From NCBI GenBank assembly GCA_965248925.1, contig CBDFLE010000006.1, positions 4,128,001 to 4,192,000 on the forward strand: a DNA stretch of 64,000 nucleotides, given 5' to 3'. Shown here one piece after another: positions 9,715 through 20,472 of the stretch (positions are counted from its first letter, which is position 1; every line of letters begins with the position of its first letter). Both the position numbers and the translations under genes were made by a program. The DNA comes from Candidatus Multivoradales bacterium (lineage in GTDB: Bacteria; Acidobacteriota; Thermoanaerobaculia; Multivoradales; J023). The notes beneath the pieces are model-generated. The model made no database searches. It was not told where the DNA came from and saw only the letters and a program-made list of their open reading frames with translations.

Positions 9715-10145
9715 TTAGACCACCCGCCGCAGACGCAGCTCGAAGGTGGCGCCCCGAGGGGTGTCGAGGCAGCGCAGCTCACCGCCTTGGGCACGAGCTA
9801 GGTGGCGCGCCAAGCTGAGGCCGAGGCCGACGCCAGGGGTCTTGCCAGCGGCGTCGTGGGCGGCGCGGTGGAAGGGGCGAAAGATGCGGCGGCGTGCCGC
9901 TGGAGTCAGGCCGGGGCCGCCATCGCTCAATCGCAGAAGCAGGTGTCGCGGTTGGCTGGTGAAGGTCAAGACGAGGGGCGCTGCCCCGTATTTGCAGGCG
10001 TTGTCGACCAGATTGAGCAGGATACGGCTGAGCGTTGCGGGCTCGGCCAGTACCGCGGTTGCGGTGTGAAGGTGCAACCCTTCGATCTTGAGTTCCAGGC
10101 CGGCTTGTGTGGTGCGTTCTTGGAGGGTCGGCAGAATGCCGAGGG
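9715..10145 (-). pseudogene. Orphan C-terminal HATPase_c fragment of a sensor histidine kinase
   Basis: N box (ILLNLVDNACKY), G1 (DGGPG), F (IFRPF), G2 (GVGLGL); no HisKA or sensor domain; the upstream sequence is REP and duplicated DNA. Confidence 0.7.
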
Positions 10146-10184
10146 ATCGGGGTGCCACCCTTCTCGGGGACGGCCGATGAACCT

Positions 10185-10209
10185 GTAGGGGCGACGCATG
10201 CGTCGTCCT
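10185..10209. repeat. GTAG-type REP-like palindrome
   Basis: GTAG-GGGCGACGCATGCGTCGTCCT: GTAG tetranucleotide followed by a near-perfect palindrome. Confidence 0.6.
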
Positions 10210-10336
10210 CTTACATGTTGTCTGCCTAGCCTTCGAGCGCCACATGCCCGGCTTTGCTCAGCTTCCAGAACAGCAGCTGGGCGTCGAGCTTGGGCATCGG
10301 GCATTGTTGCGGGATGGACTTGAGGTCGTAGCGGCC
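10210..10336 (-). repeat. 127-bp direct repeat (left copy) of the 3' end of the DUF4388 gene at 34839-34965
   Basis: Ungapped manual alignment, about 9 mismatches in 127 nt; includes the stop codon. Confidence 0.9.
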
Positions 10337-10345
10337 CGAGCTGAG

Positions 10346-11974
10346 TTACCCGCAACGGTGTAACAGCCGGCAGCCGGCCAGGCTGATGATCAGGATCAGA
10401 AGCAGCCGGCCCCACCGGCCGCTGGCCGGGATCTCGATGACGGGCAAACCCCCCTGGACGACCTCCAGCCGCTGATTGGCGGCCAACGGGCCGATAACTT
10501 CGACCTCACCATCTGGCCAACGGATGGTGAGCTGGTCGATGGCAGTGGCCGCTCCGAGACCAAAGCTCAGGGTCGCCGGATTCTGCGATACGTAGTTGCT
10601 GCCGGCGCGAATCTCGCGTAGCTGGCGATGGCCGCCGGCGCTGAGTTCGACGCGCGCACCGATCGCTTCGCTGTTGCCACCGGCACCGCGCAGCCGCAGA
10701 GCGAGAAATGATCTCTGGTTGCCGCCTTCGTTACGATAGAGCAACGGCGGACCGCCGTGGTTGGCGACTAAGATGTCCAGGTCGCCGTCTTGGTCGTAGT
10801 CGAAGCAGACCACACCGCGGCCCTGGCCGGTATGGTCGAGGCCGAGTTCGGCGGCGCGCTCGGTGAAGGTGCCGTCACCGTCAGCCACGAACAGGCGAGC
10901 CGGGTCGTGGTGGAAATCCACCGCTTGCAAGGCTTGGAAGCCGTTGGTGTGGAACAGATCGAGGTGGCCGTCGTTGTCGAGGTCGGCCAGGCAGGCACCC
11001 CAGCCCCACCAGCCCTGGCTCACCCCGGCCTCCTCGGTAGCGTCTTCGAAGCTGCCGTCGCCGAGGTTTCGGTAGAGGCGGTTACCGGTCGTGCCCCAGT
11101 TGCCTTCGGCTTGTCCATCGGGGTCCCAGATGCTCGAAACAAACCAATCGAGGTCGCCATCGGCGTCGTAGTCGCCGACCGCCGAGCCCATCCCGTTTTC
11201 ATCCGAGATCACCGCCGAGGTGACGATCTCGAAGCTGCCGTCGCGTCGATTGAGGAAGACCTGGCTGGTGCCGAAGTCACCGGCCACTACCAGGTCCGGC
11301 CAGCCGTCATCGTCGAGGTCGGTGAACGTCGGCGTGAAGCTCCAATCGACTTCCTGGTAGGCGGGCGCGATACCGGCGGCAAAGTCGACCGGTGAGAAGG
11401 TGCCGTCGCCATCGTTGCGCCACAGGTGGTTGCGGAAGAACTCCTGCACCCCCCAGCGGCTGACGAACATGTCGAGATCTCCGTCCCGATCATAATCACC
11501 AAAAGCACGGGAGAAGGTGTCACCGCCCGGCAGCTCTTCGAGAAGCTCGAATCCGGCGTCGCCGAGGTTGCGGTAGGTACGGGCCGGCGCGCCGGCGATA
11601 CCGCCGAGCACCAGGTCGAGTCGGCCGTCGCCGTCGAGGTCCGCGAAGGCTGGGCCGACACTGACTCCGCCGCCGTCCGGCAGCGCTACCAGCACCGCCT
11701 CGAAGGTGCCGTCTTGGCGATTGCGGTAGAACAGGTCAGGACCCTTGCCGCCCCGAACCACCCACAGATCCGGCCAGCCATCGCCGTCCAGATCGCCAGC
11801 GGCAACACCACCCGAAACCAGATGAGCCTCGGTCAGCGGTTCGCCGCCAAAGCCGTGCTCGTAGGTCAGCCCGGCAGCGGCGGCAACCTCGGTGAAATGC
11901 CACTCGGCGGCGGCTGGCCGCGGGGCCAGCAGCAGCGCCAGCACCGCGAGGTGCCGCCTCAGGTGCCGGCTCAC
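10346..11974 (-). CDS. CRTAC1/ASPIC-UnbV family FG-GAP repeat protein with IPTL-CTERM-like tail
   Basis: Signal peptide; many DxDxDGxxDL repeats; ASPIC/UnbV block (AIGARVEL..GSNYVSQN..FGLG..IRWPDG); C-terminus IEIPASGRWGRLLLILIISLAGCRLLHR. Confidence 0.88.
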   Translation of the reverse strand: MSRHLRRHLAVLALLLAPRPAAAEWHFTEVAAAAGLTYEHGFGGEPLTEAHLVSGGVAAGDLDGDGWPDLWVVRGGKGPDLFYRNRQDGTFEAVLVALPDGGGVSVGPAFADLDGDGRLDLVLGGIAGAPARTYRNLGDAGFELLEELPGGDTFSRAFGDYDRDGDLDMFVSRWGVQEFFRNHLWRNDGDGTFSPVDFAAGIAPAYQEVDWSFTPTFTDLDDDGWPDLVVAGDFGTSQVFLNRRDGSFEIVTSAVISDENGMGSAVGDYDADGDLDWFVSSIWDPDGQAEGNWGTTGNRLYRNLGDGSFEDATEEAGVSQGWWGWGACLADLDNDGHLDLFHTNGFQALQAVDFHHDPARLFVADGDGTFTERAAELGLDHTGQGRGVVCFDYDQDGDLDILVANHGGPPLLYRNEGGNQRSFLALRLRGAGGNSEAIGARVELSAGGHRQLREIRAGSNYVSQNPATLSFGLGAATAIDQLTIRWPDGEVEVIGPLAANQRLEVVQGGLPVIEIPASGRWGRLLLILIISLAGCRLLHRCG

Positions 11975-13119
11975 TCGCCCGACGAATTGGTCAGCAGGTC
12001 GAACCCTGGACTATTGCGCGGCGTGGTCAGGAATACCGCGGTATCGGCTATTCGCTTCTGAACACAGGCCAGCGAGCGATTGCCGGCCGGACAGCGCGAA
12101 CTCACCAGTTGACGCCAATCGACACAGGCGGTATCGAGCTCCGCGAGCACTTCGGAACCGGCGCCGGCGCTACCGATCTCCGCCACCACGGCCTCGATCA
12201 GCAACCGCGCGGTCGCTACCCGGCAGCTGTCGCCGGACAGGTCGACGTGCCTTTCAGGCGCCGGCTCGTCCGGATGCTGCTCGTAGTGACAGAAGTAACC
12301 GTAGAATCCCGGTGAGCCGGACAGAACCAACAGATCGGCTACCTGCCGGCCAAGGCTGTAGGCTGAGTAGGACAGGTCGAAACCGAGCTCGAGAACCCCG
12401 TTGACGAGCTCGCCGTCCGGCGGTCCGCCACCCAGCTCAGCCGGTCGCAGCATGGCCTCTGACCACATCCGGACACCCTCGGACAGCAGCTTACGATCCT
12501 CGTATCCGAGATTGGAACCGGTCCGCGAGCCGCTGCACAGGCCGTCGCAGATATCGCCGCCCCAAGCGCCGATATGTGGAATGTTGCAGCCCGCACCGGG
12601 CACCCCTTCCGGCTTGACGTCCATCCAAGTGCAAAGGTCTTCGGTGGAGAAACCGCCCGGACCGTAGTCACAGAAGCTACCGCCGGCGCAATCGCTGGAG
12701 AAGTAGCAGGTGCAGCCATCGCGCAGCGGCTCGGTCTCGTCCCAGGCCGCGGTGTCGCCGGATGCGAAGGTATCGCCGAACACACCGACGACGGTGATCG
12801 TTCCGGTCATCCCCGAGCCGCCGTGAATCTCGCACGCATAGGGGTAAACTCCGCCCTTGTGGAACGTGTACGAGTACACCCAGAGGTCGGTCGACGGCGG
12901 TCCGCTGCCAAAGCTGCCGTCGTCCGCCAGAACGTTGTGATTGCCGCCGTCGTTGGTCCAGGTAACCGTGTCGCCGACCTCGATGGTCATCTCGGCCAAG
13001 ACGAAGGACAGGCCGGAGATGTTGACGGTGTACTCGGTGGCGCTCGCCATGGCCGGCAGCGCAAGGGCAACGGCAACCGCACAGAGCTGGAGGAACAGAG
13101 AGTTCTTCGCATCGCGCAT
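11971..13119 (-). CDS. Secreted plastocyanin/azurin-like cupredoxin fused to a Cys-rich domain of unknown function
   Basis: Signal peptide; GDTVTWTN..HNV and YACEIHGGSGMTGTITV type-1 copper ligands; Cys-rich C-terminal half. Confidence 0.8.
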   Translation of the reverse strand: MRDAKNSLFLQLCAVAVALALPAMASATEYTVNISGLSFVLAEMTIEVGDTVTWTNDGGNHNVLADDGSFGSGPPSTDLWVYSYTFHKGGVYPYACEIHGGSGMTGTITVVGVFGDTFASGDTAAWDETEPLRDGCTCYFSSDCAGGSFCDYGPGGFSTEDLCTWMDVKPEGVPGAGCNIPHIGAWGGDICDGLCSGSRTGSNLGYEDRKLLSEGVRMWSEAMLRPAELGGGPPDGELVNGVLELGFDLSYSAYSLGRQVADLLVLSGSPGFYGYFCHYEQHPDEPAPERHVDLSGDSCRVATARLLIEAVVAEIGSAGAGSEVLAELDTACVDWRQLVSSRCPAGNRSLACVQKRIADTAVFLTTPRNSPGFDLLTNSSGE

Positions 13120-13327
13120 CGGTAGTCTCCTAGTCCGGGATTAGCTTGTTAGCTCGCGGGATCGATTGTCAGACTTAGAGGATATGATGCCACTCACGAA
13201 GACGATCTGCAAACTGCCACCGGACGCGCGTGGTTTCTGGTATTAGTTCGCCCAACCGGGAGGTGCGCAGCTCATCGCCAAGCCTGATTGAGCGAGCGGC
13301 GGAGCCTGGGCAAGATATCATGGCCAG

Positions 13328-13465
13328 ATGTCACGCCGGACTCAACAACGCGATGCCATTCGCCAAGCTATCGAGACCACCGACCGGCCCTTGGGCCCGC
13401 AGGAAGTCCTCGATTACGCACCGCGCCAACTGCCCCGTCTGGGCTTGGCGACGGTGTATCGCAAC
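13328..13465 (+). pseudogene. Truncated Fur-family regulator (N-terminal wHTH only)
   Basis: RRTQQRDAIRQAIETTDRPLGPQEVLD..LPRLGLATVYRN; similarity ends abruptly and there is no HHH/CxxC domain. Confidence 0.75.
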
Positions 13466-13586
13466 AGCCGCTGCTTTTTGGGCTGGGGTGGGACGGCCCC
13501 TTCTTGGCATCGCGCCTACCGGCTGTTCGCCAATCTGCTCGCCGGCGGCCGTTAGGCAGGAATTGGGACCTGCGCAGTACAGGGCA

Positions 13587-16500
13587 CTAATGCAGAGCCA
13601 CCTTGATGCGGGGCTCTCCCTGGGCGAGCACAGTCGCCATCCAGGATCGCCCGTCGGGGGACCGCGCCTCGACCGTCCATAGGCCCGGCGGCAGGCCGTC
13701 GATCACCCCGACCCCGGCGCGAATCTTCCAGGCGTCGCGCAAGGCGCCACCCTCGGCCAGAGTCTCGACACGTCGCCCATCGGCGCCGACGACGACCAAG
13801 GCAGCGAGCTGATCCGAGCTTGCCAGATCCTCGACCGAGACTTCTAAGCGAGAGCCGGGAATCAGCTGGACCTCGACCGGAGGTCCCGGCACCGAGGCGG
13901 TGATCGTCGTCAGGCTGGCGCCCGGGGCACCGATCGCCACCTGCCATTCTCCCGCCGGCACGGTGGCCAGTTGGCAACGACCCTGGCTATCGAGAGCGCG
14001 GGATTGTTGCAACACCTGGCCGGTCGTGGCATGGGTCAAACGCGCGCTAAGCCATGCCGGTGGCCCACCCACTGCCCGCACCAAGAGCTGCAAGCCGCGG
14101 GTCGCGGCGAGCTCGATCCGGAGATCTTCGAGCTCCTGTCCGGCGACCACCTCGATCTGGGCGCTGTGCTCGGCAAATCCTTCCTTGTGCACGGTCAGCT
14201 GGTAGTGACCGGCAGGCACCCGCGGAATGAAGAAGGAACCGTCCTCGTGGCTCCCGTGGGTCACCAGGAAAGGAAACTCCCGAGGCCTGGTGACTACTCG
14301 GCGAAGCGCCAGCAAGGCGGCGCTGAGAGGGGTACCGCTCTGACTTTCGACCACCGCTCCGCTCAGACTCCCGGTCTCGAGGTCGATGGTCATCGTGCGG
14401 TCGGCGTCGAGCAGGATCTCCTCGTTGTGCACCAAGCGCTCGTGGCCGTGTCGCAGGCTCAAGAGATAGGCCCCGGGGCGCAGGTCCTCGATCTCGAAAC
14501 GACCGTCTTGGTCGGTCACCACCCGGCGGGCAACCGCCAGCCTGTTGCCTTGCAGGGTCACGTCGACCGCCGCCAGTCCGTCTTCGCCGCGGATCACCTG
14601 GCCATCCAGGTTGAGCCGGCGCTCGAACTCGAGGTCCCGTTCGATGTCCGAGTCGCCGGCACCGAGCAGCAGGCGCGCCTGGGTGTGCCGTGCTCCATCG
14701 CCCCTTGTCGCCCGCAACAGCCAGCGGCCCGGCGCCAGATTCTGCACTTCGAAGTTGCCGTCGAAATCGACGGTCCCCGATTTCGCCCGACCGGCACCAG
14801 TCTCGGCCTCGATTCGCACCCCGCTGAGCTCGGTGGGCTCGAGACCCAAGACCCGGCCATGGACTCGAACACCACGATCAAAGATCAGCTGCAAGGCGCT
14901 GCCGTCGGTATCAGGAACCACGACCGGCGCTTCGAGCCGGGCATCGGCAAGACCGACCAGCTGGCCCTCGAGTTGGTACTCGCCGTCGTCGACCGAGGGA
15001 AAGGAAAACCTGCCCCCAGAGTCGGAGGAGGTCGAGTAGAACCGTCCACCGGAAGCCGGCACGCGCAAGGTGACGTAGGCTCCGGAGAGTAGTCGGCCTG
15101 CTGCATCTACCGCTTCGCCGAGCACCTCCTGCCCTTTTTCGAGGGTGAGCGTCAGGGTGTTCTCGCCTTCCCCTACCTCGATTTCCTGTTGGATTTCCCC
15201 ATAATCAGGATGCTTCGCGATCGCGGTCTGCTCTCCCGTCGGCACGCCGGCGACCCGGTACTGTCCCTGCGCGTCGGCGGAGGTTCCGGCGTCGGCGACC
15301 TGGACATGACTCCGTGGCACCGGCTGTCCATCGCTGTCGATGACCTCGCCGGTAACCACCGCACCGGCAGACAGCTGGTAGTCGACATCCTCGACCACGG
15401 CACCTTCCGCGATCGTTAGCCGGCGCTCCTGCGGAGACACATAGCCCGCGGCTCGGATCCAAATCCTGAGCTCCCCGGCGGGGATTCCGAGCACTTCGTA
15501 GAACCCTTCTGGATCGGTTTCGGTGCCTTCGAGCCGGGGTCCGGATCGCATCGCTCGGCCGCCGGTCGCCGGCAAGGGCTCGGAATGAGCCATCGCCACT
15601 CGCGCGCCAGCTACCGGTTCACCGTCGCCAGAGGTCACCCGGCCGCGAATCGCCGCCGCCGGACGGAGCACGACCTCGATCGCGCTGCCACCGGCGCGCA
15701 CGGCGGTGAAATGCTGGTCGAGATAGCCCTCCTTGGCGACCCGGAGTCGCAACACGCGGTCTCTGCCAAGGTCGTCGAAGCGTAGGGTTCCGTCCTCACC
15801 GGTGAGAGCCTGGCGCAAGAGTTTCTCCCGCCATTCCTCGACCGGGACCAGCAGTTGGACACGGGCACCAGCGACCGGCAGGTTAACCAGGGTCGTGACT
15901 CGAACCGCCACGCTGGCCCCTTGAGGCAACACCAGATCTCCCAGCGCCGTATTCTTGCCCGCGACGATTCGAACTCGCTGCAAACGCACTGGTGCGTAAC
16001 CCGACGAGCGCAGCTCGACCTCGCACAGTCCGGGTGGCAGACCCTCGACCAGCACTTCGCCAGCCGGCGACGACTCGGCCGTCCAAGTGCGGGCGCCGCG
16101 CTCCTCCCGCGACGGCCAGACGCTCACCGCCACCGCCGCGACCGGCGCACCGTCCGAATCCAGAACTCTGCCGGTCAAGGTGGCTAGAGCGGTCAGCCTC
16201 AACCGCGGCTCGCCTGCCGCGCCGACTGTCCACGACAGCGCCGCGGTGCCCAGAGTCCGATGCTCGGCCAGCAGCTCGTAGGTGCGGCCCTCGGCCAGGC
16301 CTTCCAGACTAAAGCGGCCGTCAGCCTCGCTGAGGGTTCGCGCGGCCGCCGAGTCGGTCCGGTAGAAGGTCGTTGCTCGTTCGCTCTCCCGGGCTGACAC
16401 GGCAACTCCCGCGACCTCTCCCCCGGTGGCATCGAGCACCCGGCCGAGCACCGGGCCCGCTGCCGGCAGGCTCAAGCGGGTCGGCTCGCCAGCCGCTGAC

Positions 16501-17606
16501 TTCAAGGGCCAGATCCGGCCGGGAACGAAGCCGCTGGCCTGAGCCTGGACAAAGGTCGGCACGCCGGCGAGGTGGGCGAGCTCGAATCGGCCCTCGCGAT
16601 CGGTCAGCACCCAGCGTCCGGGGTCGACGCCGGCCCACACCAACGCACCAGCTACCGGCGTCTCGCCAGCGATCGCCAAGACCTGCCCGTGGACCGACTG
16701 TCGGTGAGGAATCCTCAGCCGATGCAACCCGCTACCGAGCTGACTGACCGTGATGACCAATGCCGACGACGAGCCGTCGGGCGCCTGCAGCCACAGCGGC
16801 TGTTCTGGTGCCGTGCCAAGGTCAGGCAGCGACACCAAGCCGGCGGCATCGGAGATCGCCAGCGGCTGCTCCCAACCTTCGGCCCAGACGACGACATTCG
16901 GCATCGCCTCGCCCGCTGCCGCGGTGACCGCCAGCCGCTCCCGGCGCTCCGCGGCACGAACTTCGAGGACCGCAGGGTCCTGAGCAGCTGGTAGCTCGTA
17001 GCTTGCCAGAGCTCGATCCGTGAGCTGCAACTCGAGCTCTTCTCCCGGCCGTCGCTGAAGCAGAATCTCTCCCCGCCGATCGGACCGGTAATGCCGCGGG
17101 GCCGGCCTCCAACCAGGCGCCGCGGCCGATTTGACCGAAGAGCGCGCCGCGACCCTGCGACCGCTCACCGGCTCGCCGGCCGAGTCGACCAGCAGGACGG
17201 AGGCAATCTCTGATCTGGAAAGCACCAGCGGCGGCAACTCGACCGATCGGGTCTCGGCGAAAGGCCCCAGCCGCATTGCCAAGAAGCCTGCCGCGGAGAC
17301 CGTGACCGTCAGCAATGTTGGAGTGCCGATCTCGACGGCGAAACGCCCCGCGGAGTCGGTAGCCACTTGCAACCGCTGGTCCATCGCGGCCCCCTCGACG
17401 CCTCGCCGGCCCTGCTCGGCGCTGGTCGGCAAGTCGGCAAGGCTCACCCGCGCCCCGGCCAGCGGACGGCCCAGCCCATCTAGCACCGTCCCAGAGAGGA
17501 TCCAGAGTTGCTTGGCGGCGGCGGCGGGCGGCAGCCCCATCCATGCCAGATAGCCCACCATCAGCAGGGCATTGATCCTTCGCAGTGTTACAGGCCTTCG
17601 AAACAT
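13587..17606 (-). CDS. Large secreted carboxypeptidase-regulatory-like (beta-sandwich) repeat protein
   Basis: Likely start ATG 17606 (MFRRPV.., signal peptide ending AAAAK); about 12 repeats of G.V.D..G.PV.GA.V...TD..GRF. Confidence 0.85.
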   Translation of the reverse strand: MFRRPVTLRRINALLMVGYLAWMGLPPAAAAKQLWILSGTVLDGLGRPLAGARVSLADLPTSAEQGRRGVEGAAMDQRLQVATDSAGRFAVEIGTPTLLTVTVSAAGFLAMRLGPFAETRSVELPPLVLSRSEIASVLLVDSAGEPVSGRRVAARSSVKSAAAPGWRPAPRHYRSDRRGEILLQRRPGEELELQLTDRALASYELPAAQDPAVLEVRAAERRERLAVTAAAGEAMPNVVVWAEGWEQPLAISDAAGLVSLPDLGTAPEQPLWLQAPDGSSSALVITVSQLGSGLHRLRIPHRQSVHGQVLAIAGETPVAGALVWAGVDPGRWVLTDREGRFELAHLAGVPTFVQAQASGFVPGRIWPLKSAAGEPTRLSLPAAGPVLGRVLDATGGEVAGVAVSARESERATTFYRTDSAAARTLSEADGRFSLEGLAEGRTYELLAEHRTLGTAALSWTVGAAGEPRLRLTALATLTGRVLDSDGAPVAAVAVSVWPSREERGARTWTAESSPAGEVLVEGLPPGLCEVELRSSGYAPVRLQRVRIVAGKNTALGDLVLPQGASVAVRVTTLVNLPVAGARVQLLVPVEEWREKLLRQALTGEDGTLRFDDLGRDRVLRLRVAKEGYLDQHFTAVRAGGSAIEVVLRPAAAIRGRVTSGDGEPVAGARVAMAHSEPLPATGGRAMRSGPRLEGTETDPEGFYEVLGIPAGELRIWIRAAGYVSPQERRLTIAEGAVVEDVDYQLSAGAVVTGEVIDSDGQPVPRSHVQVADAGTSADAQGQYRVAGVPTGEQTAIAKHPDYGEIQQEIEVGEGENTLTLTLEKGQEVLGEAVDAAGRLLSGAYVTLRVPASGGRFYSTSSDSGGRFSFPSVDDGEYQLEGQLVGLADARLEAPVVVPDTDGSALQLIFDRGVRVHGRVLGLEPTELSGVRIEAETGAGRAKSGTVDFDGNFEVQNLAPGRWLLRATRGDGARHTQARLLLGAGDSDIERDLEFERRLNLDGQVIRGEDGLAAVDVTLQGNRLAVARRVVTDQDGRFEIEDLRPGAYLLSLRHGHERLVHNEEILLDADRTMTIDLETGSLSGAVVESQSGTPLSAALLALRRVVTRPREFPFLVTHGSHEDGSFFIPRVPAGHYQLTVHKEGFAEHSAQIEVVAGQELEDLRIELAATRGLQLLVRAVGGPPAWLSARLTHATTGQVLQQSRALDSQGRCQLATVPAGEWQVAIGAPGASLTTITASVPGPPVEVQLIPGSRLEVSVEDLASSDQLAALVVVGADGRRVETLAEGGALRDAWKIRAGVGVIDGLPPGLWTVEARSPDGRSWMATVLAQGEPRIKVALH

Positions 17607-17771
17607 GCTCGGTGGCTCCTCTACGCAGGGGTTCGGTAGCCAGCGCCCGGGCCAGCCGGCGGCGGCCGGCACCTGGACGCCAGTCACGGTCTCACGGCAG
17701 CAGGGTCTCACAAGAAACGGCGGTTCCCACTGGGTTGACGGCCTCGGTGTCGGTGGCCGTTCTAGAAAGGA

Positions 17772-17860
17772 GACGCGGAAGGAGTGCCGGACGGGGGACA
17801 AACGAGGGTGGCCGATTTCCGCTAACGACTTTGGCCCACCTGCATCGACTTGCCCGCGTC
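17772..17860. promoter_or_regulatory. Divergent pair of putative ECF promoters
   Basis: Minus strand TGTCCC(17800-17795)-N17-CGCGTC(17777-17772); plus strand TGGCCC(17832)-N17-CGCGTC(17855). Repeated in every tandem unit. Confidence 0.6.
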
Positions 17861-17921
17861 ATCCATACAAGAAACGCGAGTTCTCGTTCCAAGAGGGCTG
17901 CTCAACAACGGAGGCAACGAA

Positions 17922-18434
17922 ATGACACGGAAAAACATCTTGCTACTCGGTCTGCTAACCGCCGCGCTGACGATGCCGGCGACCCCTTCCTGGGGGGCGA
18001 CTTGCTTCGGCTCCAACGCCACGATTCTCGGCACCGGCGGCGCTGACTTGATCTACGGCACCTCCGGGGCCGACGTGATCGATGCCAAAGGTGGCAACGA
18101 CGTGATCGATGCCAAAGGTGGCAACGACAAGATCTGTGGCCGGTCGGGCAACGACAAGATCACCGCCGGGTCGGGCCACGACTCGGTCGAGGGCGGCAAT
18201 GGCAATGACCAGATCGATGGTGACAGCGGCAGGGACGATGTGCGAGGAAACGCCGGGGACGACACTGTTGATGGCGGTATCGGACATGACGACGTTTGGG
18301 GGTACGGCGGCAGGGACTTTGTTCTCGGTGGCGGCGGCACCAACTACGTTCACGGCGGCAACGGCATCGACCGGTCGCTCCTGGGTCAGGGCAGCCAGAC
18401 TTTCGTCTCGGTCGAAGTCCTCGGAAGCCCATAG
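17922..18434 (+). CDS. Small secreted Ca-binding protein with RTX/hemolysin-type GGxGxD repeats, copy 1
   Basis: RBS GGAGG, ATG 17922; signal peptide ending PSWG; TCFG..ATILGT..ICG Cys pair; nonapeptide repeats. Confidence 0.85.
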   Translation: MTRKNILLLGLLTAALTMPATPSWGATCFGSNATILGTGGADLIYGTSGADVIDAKGGNDVIDAKGGNDKICGRSGNDKITAGSGHDSVEGGNGNDQIDGDSGRDDVRGNAGDDTVDGGIGHDDVWGYGGRDFVLGGGGTNYVHGGNGIDRSLLGQGSQTFVSVEVLGSP

Positions 18435-19039
18435 CTCGCCAGAGCTCGATCCGTGAGCTGCAACTCGAGCTCTTCTCCCGGCCGTCGCTGAAGCAGAATC
18501 TCTCCCCGCCGATCGGACCGGTAATGCCGCGGGGCCGGCCTCCAACCAGGCGCCGCGGCCGATTTGACCGAAGAGCGCGCCGCGACCCTGCGACCGCTCA
18601 CCGGCTCGCCGGCCGAGTCGACCAGCAGGACGGAGGCAATCTCTGATCTGGAAAGCACCAGCGGCGGCAACTCGACCGATCGGGTCTCGGCGAAAGGCCC
18701 CAGCCGCATTGCCAAGAAGCCTGCCGCGGAGACCGTGACCGTCAGCAATGTTGGAGTGCCGATCTCGACGGCGAAACGCCCCGCGGAGTCGGTAGCCACT
18801 TGCAACCGCGAGTCCATCGCGGCCCCCTCGACGCCTCGCCGGCCCTGCTCGGCGCTGGTCGGCAAGTCGGCAAGGCTCACCCGCGCCCCGGCCAGCGGAC
18901 GGCCCAGCCCATCTAGCACCGTCCCGGAGAGGATCCAGAGTTGCTTGGCGGCGGCGGCGGGCGGCAGCCCCATCCATGCCAGATAGCCCACTATCAGCAG
19001 GGCATTGATCCTTCGCAGTGTTACAGGCCTTCGAAACAT
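18432..19039 (-). pseudogene. 3'-truncated duplicate of the carboxypeptidase-repeat gene
   Basis: First ~200 codons near-identical to 17606-16999, then runs antisense into Ca-binding copy 1. Confidence 0.85.
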
Positions 19040-19354
19040 GCTCGGTGGCTCCTCTACGCAGGGGTTCGGTAGCCAGCGCCCGGGCCAGCCGGCGGCGGCC
19101 GGCACCTGGACGCCAGTCACGGTCTCACGGCAGCAGGGTCTCACAAGAAACGGCGGTTCCCACTGGGTTGACGGCCTCGGTGTCGGTGGCCGTTCTAGAA
19201 AGGAGACGCGGAAGGAGTGCCGGACGGGGGACAAACGAGGGTGGCCGATTTCCGCTAACGACTTTGGCCCACCTGCATCGACTTGCCCGCGTCATCCATA
19301 CAAGAAACGCGAGCTCTCGTTCCAAGAGGGCTGCTCAACAACGGAGGCAACGAA

Positions 19355-19867
19355 ATGACACGGAAAAACATCTTGCTACTCGGTCTGCTAACCGCCGCGC
19401 TGACGATGCCGGCGACCCCTTCCTGGGGGGCGACTTGCTTCGGCTCCAACGCCACGATTCTCGGCACCGGCGGCGCTGACTTGATCTACGGCACCTCCGG
19501 GGCCGACGTGATCGATGCCAAAGGTGGCAACGACGTGATCGATGCCAAAGGTGGCAACGACAAGATCTGTGGCCGGTCGGGCAACGACAAGATCACCGCC
19601 GGGTCGGGCCACGACTCGGTCGAGGGCGGCAATGGCAATGACCAGATCGATGGTGACAGCGGCAGGGACGATGTGCGAGGAAACGCCGGGGACGACACTG
19701 TTGATGGCGGTATCGGACATGACGACGTTTGGGGGTACGGCGGCAGGGACTTTGTTCTCGGTGGCGCCGGCATCAACTACGTTCACGGCGGCAACGGCAT
19801 CGACCGGTCGCTCCTGGGTCAGGGCAACCAGACTTTCGTCTCGGTCGAAGTCCTCGGAAGCCCATAG
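19355..19867 (+). CDS. Secreted Ca-binding RTX-repeat protein, copy 2
   Basis: Copy 1 + 1433; 3 amino-acid differences near the C-terminus. Confidence 0.85.
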   Translation: MTRKNILLLGLLTAALTMPATPSWGATCFGSNATILGTGGADLIYGTSGADVIDAKGGNDVIDAKGGNDKICGRSGNDKITAGSGHDSVEGGNGNDQIDGDSGRDDVRGNAGDDTVDGGIGHDDVWGYGGRDFVLGGAGINYVHGGNGIDRSLLGQGNQTFVSVEVLGSP

Positions 19868-20472
19868 CTCGCCAGAGCTCGATCCGTGAGCTGCAACTCG
19901 AGCTCTTCTCCCGGCCGTCGCTGAAGCAGAATCTCTCCCCGCCGATCGGACCGGTAATGCCGCGGGGCCGGCCTCCAACCAGGCGCCGCGGCCGATTTGA
20001 CCGAAGAGCGCGCCGCGACCCTGCGACCGCTCACCGGCTCGCCGGCCGAGTCGACCAGCAGGACGGAGGCAATCTCTGATCTGGAAAGCACCAGCGGCGG
20101 CAACTCGACCGATCGGGTCTCGGCGAAAGGCCCCAGCCGCATTGCCAAGAAGCCTGCCGCGGAGACCGTGACCGTCAGCAATGTTGGAGTGCCGATCTCG
20201 ACGGCGAAACGCCCCGCGGAGTCGGTAGCCACTTGCAACCGCGAGTCCATCGCGGCCCCCTCGACGCCTCGCCGGCCCTGCTCGGCGCTGGTCGGCAAGT
20301 CGGCAAGGCTCACCCGCGCCCCGGCCAGCGGACGGCCCAGCCCATCTAGCACCGTCCCAGAGAGGATCCAGAGTTGCTTGGCGGCGGCGGCGGGCGGCAG
20401 CCCCATCCATGCCAGATAGCCCACCATCAGCAGGGCATTGATCCTTCGCAGTGTTACAGGCCTTCGAAACAT
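19865..20472 (-). pseudogene. Second 3'-truncated duplicate of the carboxypeptidase-repeat gene
   Basis: Same as 18432-19039, shifted by 1433. Confidence 0.85.
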
